Shown: positions 16,810 through 24,901 of the stretch, piece by piece
Position numbering within the stretch: the first letter of the stretch is position 1
Layout: each line of letters begins with the position of its first letter
From: Thermofilum pendens Hrk 5
GTDB taxonomy: Archaea > Thermoproteota > Thermoprotei > Thermofilales > Thermofilaceae
NCBI RefSeq assembly: GCF_000015225.1
Contig: NC_008698.1
Location: 1,230,001 to 1,262,000, forward strand
DNA: 32,000 bases
Direction: 5' to 3'
Translations under genes and position numbers: made by a program
Notes under the pieces: generated by a model
What the model was told of the DNA's origin: nothing
The model's input: only the letters and a program-made list of their open reading frames with translations
Database searches by the model: none

Positions 16810-18900
16810 CTAGTAGAAGCGTAGCCACGTGGCTACGAGCGCCTTCGCCAGCCGCTCGGCGGAGCCTCCCCTTGCCGCCTCGCTAAGCCCGTCGGCGACC
16901 TTCGCCAGGAGGGCTTGCTCGACGGGTAGGTCCGAGTAGCCGGCCACCTCCGAGACAGCCTCCTTCGCCGCCTCCAGCTCCCCGCACCCGACGAGCACGC
17001 AGACGGCGAGGAACTGGTGCCTCGTGTACCCTCCCCGGAGCATCTCGGAGCAAAGGCTCCCGAGAGCCTTGTCCTTCACAGCCCTGCACGGCCCAACCCT
17101 CCTACCCCCCGGCGCGAACGCCTCCAGGGCCTCCCGGGCCCCGTGCTCCTCGACCCTCCCGCCGCCCAGCCTCCCGAGCGCGTAGAGTAGCGAAGCGACA
17201 GCCCTCGCGTAGTCCGGGTCCACGTCGAAGTACTCGCCCCAGAGGGGCTTGAGCTGGGCGCCGCGCCCGCACAGCGCCCTCAGCGCAGAGACTGCGACGG
17301 CCTCGGCGTGTGCCAGGGCGTAGCGGGGGCCCAGCATCTCGCAGAGGGGGTCGTGGCCCTCGACGCACCTTTCCTCGTACTCCTCGCCGAGCGCGACCAG
17401 CCTGCCCGCGTGCTCCCAGAACCCCTCCTCGTCCCCGCCCAGCAGCGCCTCCATGACCCCCACCCTGAGGGCCCAGGACTCGGCCACGATAGCCCTCGCG
17501 AGGAAGGCCGGGTCCCCGAGCCTCGCGTACCGCGCCTTCTCCTCCTCGGCCACCCTCCTGAAGTACCCCCACGCCTCCCCGAGCCTCTTGAGGTACATTG
17601 CGACCATACCCCTCTCCAGGGCCACCGTGGTCCTAAGGGTGTCGGCGTCCACGCCCCCGGCAAGCCGGGCCCCCGGCCTCGGGAGGAGGGCCTCCGCCTT
17701 CCTCAGGTGCTCCTCGGCGCTCTCGAGCCTCCCGATAGCCCTCGCAGCCCTCGCCGCGTTGAGGTGGAGGAACGAGGAGACGCCGCCCGCGTCCTCAGGG
17801 TACGCCGCCGTTAGGAGCAGGAGCGAGAGGTAGGAGCCGCGCCGCGCCCCGCCGTCCGTGCTCAGGAGCGCTACGCTCGCTAGCACGCTTGAAGCCAGGA
17901 CCGCCAGCCCCGCGTCGCCCTTGAAGTCCCTGCGCACGCGGTCGGCGGCGGCTAGGGCTAGGGGTGCAAGCTCGTTCGCCAGGTCCCACCTGCCGGAGGT
18001 GAGCGTCGAGGCCGCGACGCCGAGCGCGTGGCGGACGAGGCTACCGGAGCCCCCCTTCTCCACCTCTTCGAGAGCCCTGTCCAGCAGCCCCCTCGCCGCG
18101 ACCAGGTAGATGCGCGCGGACGCGAAGTACCAGGTAGCCGAGGCCTCGTCCATCAGGTGGAGGGCTGACTCGAGCTCCTCGCCGCTCATCTCGTACGGGT
18201 CCGACATCGCCGCGTAGCCGATACCCCTCATAAGGGCGACCCCCCTCTCCCAGCCCTCCCCGTAGCCCTTCAGCTCCGAGCGCAGCCTCACGGCCCTCTC
18301 CCTGGCCGTGGGCTCCACGAGCTCGCCGAGCCTCGACGCGACCGCGTAGCCGACGGCCGCCGGCGCCACGGAGCCCTCCAGCTCGAAGTACTCCTTGATG
18401 CAGTCCCACTCGTCGAGCCACAAGTCGAAGCCCAGCACGAACACCCCCACAGCCTCCGCAACCCTGTCGAAGTGCTCCCCCACAGCCCCCACGAGCCTCC
18501 AGCCAACCCTAGACGCGAGGTACGAGCGGAGAGCCTCCTCGACGCCCACGCCCCCGCCGGCCTCCCTCAAAGCCTCCCTCACTATCCTCCTGGCAGGCCC
18601 CAGCACGAGCCTCCCGTACCCGGAGCCCCCGGCCCCGCGCCTAGCCCCGAGCACAGCCTCCCTTATCTCGGCGAACGTCCCGGCGTCAACCCTCGAAAAC
18701 CAGCGCACGGCGCCCTCGAGGCCCCCCACGCCCTCCCCGGAGAACGAGGACAAGACGAGCTCAGCCATCCCCCTGGAGTGCGGCCCGAACACGGCGGTAG
18801 ACACGAGCAAGGGGGCAAGCCTAGAAGCCGCCTCGCTACTCCCACCGTACACCTCGCTCCAAAGCACCCGCAACACATCCCCGCCCACGCGAACCCCCAC
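16810..18900 (-). CDS. Large uncharacterised protein, predominantly alpha-helical (TPR/helical-repeat-like)
   Basis: 696-aa ORF rich in A/L/E/R amphipathic segments (e.g. AARAIGRLESAEEHLRKAEALL). I could find no Walker, HD, DxTHG or other catalytic motif. Confidence 0.6.
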   Translation of the reverse strand: MGVRVGGDVLRVLWSEVYGGSSEAASRLAPLLVSTAVFGPHSRGMAELVLSSFSGEGVGGLEGAVRWFSRVDAGTFAEIREAVLGARRGAGGSGYGRLVLGPARRIVREALREAGGGVGVEEALRSYLASRVGWRLVGAVGEHFDRVAEAVGVFVLGFDLWLDEWDCIKEYFELEGSVAPAAVGYAVASRLGELVEPTARERAVRLRSELKGYGEGWERGVALMRGIGYAAMSDPYEMSGEELESALHLMDEASATWYFASARIYLVAARGLLDRALEEVEKGGSGSLVRHALGVAASTLTSGRWDLANELAPLALAAADRVRRDFKGDAGLAVLASSVLASVALLSTDGGARRGSYLSLLLLTAAYPEDAGGVSSFLHLNAARAARAIGRLESAEEHLRKAEALLPRPGARLAGGVDADTLRTTVALERGMVAMYLKRLGEAWGYFRRVAEEEKARYARLGDPAFLARAIVAESWALRVGVMEALLGGDEEGFWEHAGRLVALGEEYEERCVEGHDPLCEMLGPRYALAHAEAVAVSALRALCGRGAQLKPLWGEYFDVDPDYARAVASLLYALGRLGGGRVEEHGAREALEAFAPGGRRVGPCRAVKDKALGSLCSEMLRGGYTRHQFLAVCVLVGCGELEAAKEAVSEVAGYSDLPVEQALLAKVADGLSEAARGGSAERLAKALVATWLRFY

Positions 18901-18957
18901 TACAACGCCCCGCAGGCCTATAAAGTGGTTAACGGCAAGCCTGCGCTAGCGCCTCCT

Positions 18958-19430
18958 CTAGCTCTCCCGCAGGACCTCCCTGGGCTCCCACCTGAACCTC
19001 CAAAGCCCCCTCGCGAAGTCCTCGACCGCTATCTCGAGCTCCCCCGCCAAGACGTCGCTTATGAGCGGCTCGTCCGCCAGCGGCGAGACAACGACGTCCA
19101 CCTCCCTCGACTCGGCGCCACCCGCCACCACGTGAACCCTAGCCGCACGCCTAGCAACCCACACCCTCAGGGGCCCACCGGCAGTCTCGAACACCTCCTC
19201 CCGCGCGTCGCCAGGCGGGGGCCAAAGCCCCAAAAACCCTCGCAAGCCCGACCGGGACCATCAGCTGGGGCGTCGTAGCCGCTGTTCACCAGGGCGACAA
19301 CCTCCTCAGACCTACCCCCGCCTCTACCCTCACAGCCACGCCCAACACCCAGGAAGCCCTTCACACTGCCAACCCTAACCCTCCTCGCCTTAACCCTCCC
19401 AACCCTAGCCACCCAGACCCCCACGTACAC
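18958..19430 (-). pseudogene. Frameshifted paralog of the 13279-13716 retropepsin-like gene
   Basis: VVALVNSGYDA is in one frame (track ORF 19167-19577). TPQLMVPVGLAR is in the +1 frame. RGFLGLWPPPGDAREEVFETAGGPLRVWVA...GLWRFRWEPREVL is in the third frame (track ORF 18958-19245). All three are colinear with the intact paralog. The shifts lie near 19235-19275, partly at T5/G4 runs. Confidence 0.7.
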
Positions 19431-19449
19431 TACACGCACAGGCTTAAAA

Positions 19450-19998
19450 CTTTCAACGCTTTCACAGTTGCTTCTCAGGGCGGTAAAGCTTGCACTACTA
19501 TACACCGGAGACGGCCTTCTTTCAATGCTTTCACAGTTGCTTCTGGCGGCGCTCTGGTCGCCGCTGCTGCGGGGCACCCCGCTGGACTTTCAATGCTTTC
19601 ACAGTTGCTTCCTTTTAGGCTTCTCCGGCTCGAGCTTTACGAAGTTCCCTCTTTCAATGCTTTCACAGTTGCTTCGTTTCCTAAAAATTTCGTGATAATT
19701 TTCTCGCTAGACAGCTTTCAATGCTTTCACAGTTGCTTCCTCGAACAGCCAGACGTCCGCCCCCGCCCGTTTGTATACTTTCAATGCTTTCACAGTTGCT
19801 TCCCCAAGACATGGTGAAGGCGGCTATACTCAGCCTCGCGGCGCTTTCAATGCTTTCACAGTTGCTTCAGAGAGAAGTTCTATGTGACAGAGAACTGACA
19901 TTAAGATTCATCTTTCAATGCTTTCACAGTTGCTTCACCGCGTCAACTTCGCCGTCGAGCACGCGCTCGTACTCTTTCAATGCTTTCACAGTTGCTTC
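19450..19998 (-). CRISPR. CRISPR array 1: 9 repeats of 25 bp, 8 spacers (37-44 bp); transcribed-strand repeat GAAGCAACTGTGAAAGCATTGAAAG
   Basis: Repeats start at 19450 (1 mismatch), 19519, 19587, 19651, 19715, 19778, 19844, 19912 and 19974. The degenerate repeat is at the left end and the conserved AT-rich leader at the right end, so transcription is on the minus strand and the repeat ends in ATTGAAAG. Confidence 0.95.
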
Positions 19999-20229
19999 CC
20001 GATCATTTTTCACAGCGGAGGGTCTATAAATTCTTTTCTCTTTGTTTCGAACTATGCAAAACTGCCCCTTTGACAAAGTTTACCCAAGAGAAACTTCGAA
20101 AACGGGCACAGGAGGATCCCGACAGAGATTGGGATTTCACGGGAGGCATTTTCAACAGAGATTCTTCCCGTCGAGAGGGATTCGTAAACAGAAAATCAAA
20201 ATCCCGACCTCTGTCGGGAATTTGTAGGG
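19999..20229 (-). promoter_or_regulatory. Leader of array 1 (inverted duplicate of the array 2 leader)
   Basis: About 85% identical by eye to the reverse complement of 22019-22232. TATA-like TATAAA at 20025-20030 lies about 27 nt from the first repeat. A distal hairpin TCCCGAC-CTCT-GTCGGGA is present. Confidence 0.8.
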
Positions 20230-20392
20230 AGGTTTTTCACGTTTTCTTTGTTGTAAAAGCGATCAAAGTTAAACCACCCTCTATAGGCAAGGTCCCCTCA
20301 GGTTGCTCCGCTCATCGTCATTCTTCGAGCCCCGGGGATCTGTTCTCGGAGAAGGCCTCCAGGCCTCCGCCGTGTGGCCCGGCAACGGGCCG

Positions 20393-20635
20393 CTAGACTA
20401 CGACGGGGATCCTGGCCTTCCTGAGGAGCTCCCTGAACTCGTCTATGTTCATGCCCGCTATCCTGGAGGTCAGCCTTATGTCGCCCTTCTCGACGTACAG
20501 CTTCAAGGCGGCCCTCACCCTTGGGGGCTGCCTCTCTATGAACTCCCAGTCCGCCATCCTCCTCCTAATCTCCCTAGCCTCCCTCTCCTCCTCGAGGTAC
20601 TCCCTTACCACGTCGTCTAGCGACTCGCCCCGCAT
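20393..20635 (-). CDS. UPF0175-family small protein (antitoxin-like), no cognate partner visible
   Basis: ALKLYVEKGDIRLTSRIAGMNIDEFRELLRKARIP fits the UPF0175 pattern (LY-x-x-G-x-hS-x-x-x-AA-x-x-aGM-x-x-x-eF-x-x-x-L). ATG start. Confidence 0.6.
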   Translation of the reverse strand: MRGESLDDVVREYLEEEREAREIRRRMADWEFIERQPPRVRAALKLYVEKGDIRLTSRIAGMNIDEFRELLRKARIPVVV

Positions 20636-20845
20636 AGCTCCGAAACCCTCCTAGCCACGTCTTCTAGCGCTTTACGGGGAAATATGTGTAACGTGTCCCT
20701 CGAGTACTCCTCGACAACGCCACCCGCCACCGCGGACCCCGTAAACCTAGGCGCACTTCCAGCATTAACGTAACGCGCCGCCGACCCGGGGCGGGCCGCA
20801 AACCCCGCTCACTACCCTGCGGGCTTGCCGGGGACCGCTACGCCT

Positions 20846-20870
20846 CTCGCAGTTCTTTCACAGTTGCCTC
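20846..20870. repeat. Isolated degenerate copy of the array 1/2 repeat (relic)
   Basis: CTCGCAGTTCTTTCACAGTTGCCTC versus CTTTCAATGCTTTCACAGTTGCTTC gives 20/25 identity, with the 3' 16 nt matching 15/16. Confidence 0.5.
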
Positions 20871-20991
20871 GGGGCCACTCTGCGGGTACGCCGACAGACA
20901 CCCGCAGGCCTACGACGTTCCACAGATCCATCAGTTCCTTCGCGGTTGCCCCGCGCGGAGAGAGTTTCCCGCCTTGCGCCGCCTCCCCGGG

Positions 20992-21958
20992 CTAGGGCGT
21001 TAACCCCTTTTCCCGCGCGGTTCTCTCGATGTTTTCGAGTAGGCTCCGGGTTAGGGGGACGCCGCTCAGCATGTAGGATAGGAGGAGGGCGCCGACGGCG
21101 GGCGGGAACTTCGGCTCGACGAGCTCCACCTTGAAGTGCTTCTCCAGGTGCCTCCTCAGGGGCTCAGTGACGACCTCACCGGCCCTGAACACCCCGCCGA
21201 CGAGCGCCACCTTGACTGGCTCCTCCATGCCCAGCCTCCTCACGAGGGTGACTACGTGTAGCGCGAGGTGGTACGCGGCCTCCTCCACTATCCTCCTAGC
21301 CACGGCGTCGCCGCGCCTAGCCGCCTCGGTGACAAGCGGGGCGAGCCTCGCCAGCTCGCGCACGCCAACCCCCTCCGCGTAGACCTTCGGGACCAGGTCC
21401 TCCGGGGACGAGAGCCCGAGGGCCCCCAGGACGGCCCCCGTGAGCTCCGTGGGAGGCCCCCGCCCGTCGAAAGCCCACAGAACGGCGCGCAAAGCCTCCC
21501 TCGCTATCCAGTAGGCGCTACCCTCGTCGCCCAGCAGGTAGCCCCACCCGCCGCACCGCGCGTAGTCGCCCCTCCTATTCCTAGCCCCCGCGACCGAGCC
21601 AGTACCGGCTATGACTATGACCCCCGGCTCCCCCAGCGTAGCCCCCACGAGCGCAACCTCGGCGTCGTGGCGCACGTAAACCCTCCTCGCCGCGACCCTC
21701 GGGGCACCCCTCTCCCCGAACACCCTGAAGTCGCGCTCAGTATCCATCCCCGCCAGGCCCAGCACAGCCACGCCGGCCACTCCGCCGCCGAGAGCCCCCC
21801 CGTATAGCCGCGTTTATGTTCTCCACGGCGCCATCAATGCCGACAACGTGGTAGTTAGAGGGGCCAGCCTCCCCAACGCCGAGAACACAGCCCTCCGCGT
21901 CACCCGCCACGGCAAGCGTCTTCGTCGCTCCCCCATCAACGCCTACGAAGGCCTCCAC
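20992..21958 (-). pseudogene. BadF/BadG/BcrA/BcrD-type ATPase (N-acetylglucosamine-kinase-like), interrupted by a frameshift in a G7 (C7 on +) tract
   Basis: N-terminal part FVGVDGGATKTLAVAGDAEG...GPSNYH (track ORF 21737-22033). C-terminal part LGLAGMD...VIAGTGSVAGA...GGWGYLLGDEGSAYWIAREAL (track ORF 20992-21780). Removing one G at 21795-21801 restores AAIRGALGGGVAGVAVLGLAGMD. GTG 21958 is preceded by a TATA-like TATTATA (21981-21987). Confidence 0.75.
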
Positions 21959-22018
21959 GGGGTTAAACGGAGCACCAGAGTATAATAGCTTTTCGCGCAA
22001 CAGCCCAAAGCCGCGCAT

Positions 22019-22257
22019 AACGGGCATACCCACAAATTCCCGGCAAAAACCGGGAACTCGATTTTCTGTTTACGAATCCCTCTCGACGGGAAGAGTCTCT
22101 TTTGAAAATACTTCTCGTAAAATCCCGGTTTCTGTTGGGAATTTCCCGTAACAGTTTTCGAAGCCTCCCATGGGTAAACTTCGTCAAAGAGGCAGTTTTG
22201 CAGGCTTCGAAACAAAGAGAAAAGAATTTATAACACCTTTGCCGTAGAAAGTGGTCG
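22019..22257 (+). promoter_or_regulatory. Leader of array 2 (inverted duplicate of the array 1 leader)
   Basis: TTTATAA at 22227-22233 lies 25-31 nt upstream of the first repeat. Homology with leader 1 runs from the TATA box outward. A distal hairpin TTCCCGG-CAAAAA-CCGGGAA is present. Confidence 0.8.
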
Positions 22258-22969
22258 GAAGCAACTGTGAAAGCATTGAAAGCAACGGTTTGCTTTGCAC
22301 CGCGACCTTGACTTTCCATTGTTGAAGCAACTGTGAAAGCATTGAAAGTACGACGACGTCTGGTCGCGGGCGACCATAAAGGTCGCGAGAAGCAACTGTG
22401 AAAGCATTGAAAGCACGCGGGGCACACGTGCTTACAGGGTGGACAAGGCGGCGGGAAGCAACTGTGAAAGCATTGAAAGTCAGGGCAGGCTTGTTCACGC
22501 GCAGATGATCAGCAACGTTACTCGCACCGAAGCAACTGTGAAAGCATTGAAAGCGTGCTTCTTCGGGCTGTCTAGCTCGGCCACCGTGGCCCTGAAGCAA
22601 CTGTGAAAGCATTGAAAGAAACGCGCATTCCAGCACCACACCCTCATCGTTTACACTCACACGGGAAGCAACTGTGAAAGCATTGAAAGCATGCAATTGC
22701 CGCGACACCATATTCTCGGGTTAGCGCGCGTACATGAGAGAAAAGTAACTGTGAAAGCATTGAAAGACCAAGCACAACTCACGACAACGGAGACGCAAAC
22801 AACGGTGAGAAGCAACTGTGAGAGCATTGAAAGTCGTAGAACGCCTCGCCGTGCAGCACGCGGAACCTAGCCATGTGAAGCAACTGTGAAAGTATTGAAA
22901 AGCTCTCCCCGCTGAACGTGATCGCCATTATTGTTTGTGCCCCTGAAGCAACTGTGAAAGCATTGAGGA
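22258..22969 (+). CRISPR. CRISPR array 2: 11 repeats of 25 bp (GAAGCAACTGTGAAAGCATTGAAAG), 10 spacers (40-52 bp)
   Basis: Repeats start at 22258, 22324, 22389, 22455, 22529, 22594, 22665, 22742, 22809, 22877 and 22945. The last four accumulate 1-3 mismatches, so the trailer is at the right and the leader at the left. Confidence 0.95.
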
Positions 22970-22970
22970 G

Positions 22971-23558
22971 GTGGGAGTTGTGGGGAAGGTCGAGGAGTTG
23001 CTCGCCGAGTGGCCGGAGGTGGCCGGGGTGTGCGCGAGGCTCGCGGCCGGCGAGAGGCTCGGGGAGGGCGAGGCCGTGGTCAAGGAGGTCGCGGAGGCGG
23101 CGGGGTGGGGCGTCGACGACGTAGTGGAGGACCTCGCCCGGATCGGGGTCGACCCCTCCGGGAGGGTGGAGAGGTACAGGGAGCTCTTCGAGAAGTACTA
23201 CGCCGAGGCACTCGAGCTCAAGAGGAGGGGCGACGCGAGGCAGGCAGGGGAGAAGCTCTGGGGAGCGGTGACGGCGCTCATCAAGCTCTACGCGGCGGAG
23301 AAGGGGGTCTTCGTGGCCCACTGGAGTACGGGCAAGCTGGACAGGTTCGTGACGAGCAACGTCGGCAAGGAGCACAGGAAGCTTTTCAGGGACCTAATCG
23401 ACAAGGCACACAGGCTCCACGAGAACTTCTACGAGGGAAGCCTCGACCCCGAAACCCTCGAGGAGCGCTGGGCCGAAGCCCTCGACCTACTCGAAAAAGC
23501 CAAGAGAATCGTGCTCGACGAGCGGCGAAGCGAGAAGACACGACAAGCCCCGCCCTAA
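22971..23558 (+). CDS. PaREP1/PaREP8-like family protein
   Basis: YYAEALELKRRGDARQAGEKLWGAVTALIKLYAAEKG...HWSTGKL...FRDLIDKAHRLHENFYEGSLD matches my recollection of the archaeal PaREP1 pattern (eKlWgA...H...A..LH.NFYe). The GTG start abuts the last degenerate repeat of array 2. Confidence 0.6.
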   Translation: MGVVGKVEELLAEWPEVAGVCARLAAGERLGEGEAVVKEVAEAAGWGVDDVVEDLARIGVDPSGRVERYRELFEKYYAEALELKRRGDARQAGEKLWGAVTALIKLYAAEKGVFVAHWSTGKLDRFVTSNVGKEHRKLFRDLIDKAHRLHENFYEGSLDPETLEERWAEALDLLEKAKRIVLDERRSEKTRQAPP

Positions 23559-23732
23559 GCACCAGCCCGAGAACGACCCGGCACCCCGGGAACACTCCCC
23601 GGCAGTCAACCCCGGCCCGAACCGTTACCGCGCGCTCACAAGCAGGAAAACTCGCCGACCGCGCTCGGCCCAAAGCCCTGGAACACTCAGGTTCTGGGGC
23701 CACGCCCCTCGTACGCTACCTTCAGCTACCAA

Positions 23733-24901
23733 CTCTTAGTCTTGCTGATTTTGAACGAGAACTTGGCTTGTCACAAACAGGCACCTAATAGACCCTTTAG
23801 TCTTGCTGATTTTGAACTGTAGCAACGCGTGTGGCCTACGCTGCTACACCGAAACAGCTTGCAACTCTTAGTCTTGCTGATTTTGAACCGCTCCGGTATC
23901 TCGTGCGCGTGCGCCAGCACTCTTAGTCTTGCTGATTTTGAACAAGGTTGAAGGCGCGGTAAGCCTCGTGAGCCCCGTTACTCTTAGTCTTGCTGATTTT
24001 GAACTACACCTCGTCCACGTGTACGGAGCGGTGCTCGTCGACTCTTAGTCTTGCTGATTTTGAACATGGGCGGGGAAAACCCCGCGAGGTGAAACGAGTG
24101 AATCTCTTAGTCTTGCTGATTTTGAACTAGCCGTTTCCTTGTCCAGCCTTGTCACGTCGACTCTTAGTCTTGCTGATTTTGAACCCGGCCTTTATGCATT
24201 CACTCCCGGCGACACGCCTCTTAGTCTTGCTGATTTTGAACTGCTTCCCAGCGAGGGAGACCACGCCACCAGGTTGTCTCTTAGTCTTGCTGATTTTGAA
24301 CCCTATAAGTTCCGTAACTCCGCTAGAGGGTTGATACCTCTTAGTCTTGCTGATTTTGAACTGAAAAGAGATTAATCTAATCTCTTTACTCTAGGGACTC
24401 TTAGTCTTGCTGATTTTGAACCGCACGCGTGTCCATTCTACTTCGAGAGGATACTCCTCCTCTTAGTCTTGCTGATTTTGAACCTACACCTATGGGAAGC
24501 TGGGGCTGTGGAGCGACTCTTAGTCTTGCTGATTTTGAACACTCAATCGGCGTGAGCTTGCCGTTCAAGAAGCTCTTAGTCTTGCTGATTTTGAACTGGC
24601 TTGCCCGCCGAACAGCCCCAGCTTCGCCCTCTTAGTCTTGCTGATTTTGAACTTACCGCGACGAAAGCGCCGACGCCTACTATGTTTTCTCTTAGTCTTG
24701 CTGATTTTGAACACGATGGTTTCAACGAAATCCCGTTGCCTGTTACATGGTCGGCAATCTCTTAGTCTTGCTGATTTTGAACCGCGTCTCGATCTCACGG
24801 GTCTGGGGATGGCTATCAACTCTTAGTCTTGCTGATTTTGAACTAGGGGAGTGGTTCCCCCTGCATGGGCTTTTCACCTCTTAGTCTTGCTGATTTTGAA
24901 C
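23733..24901 (-). CRISPR. CRISPR array 3: 20 repeats of 24 bp, 19 spacers (31-47 bp); + strand CTCTTAGTCTTGCTGATTTTGAAC, inferred transcript GTTCAAAATCAGCAAGACTAAGAG
   Basis: Repeats start at 23733, 23794 (2 mismatches), 23865, 23920, 23981, 24042, 24104, 24161, 24218, 24278, 24338, 24398, 24460, 24517, 24573, 24629, 24689, 24759, 24820 and 24878. Orientation comes from the conserved leader on the right and the degenerate repeat near the left end. Confidence 0.95.

Noticed and set aside
19468-20029. ORFs running through the CRISPR arrays (19468-20029 set, 22184-22711, 24139-24375, 24429-24826, 26583-27058, 27520-28117, 30315-30830) with recurring peptides such as MLSQLL, SLADFE and FNSFVVDT.
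   Set aside because: The recurring peptides are simply translations of the repeats. The ORFs exist only because repeats and spacers happen to lack stops.
20236-20392. I searched for a PIN/DUF3368-type toxin gene downstream of the UPF0175 gene.
   Set aside because: All three minus-strand frames are short and show no PIN-like acidic motif pattern, so no partner is called.
20928-20952. A possible second relic repeat (CCATCAGTTCCTTCGCGGTTGCCCC).
   Set aside because: It is only about 16/25 identical, and its spacing from the 20846 relic is odd (82 bp). That is too weak to call.
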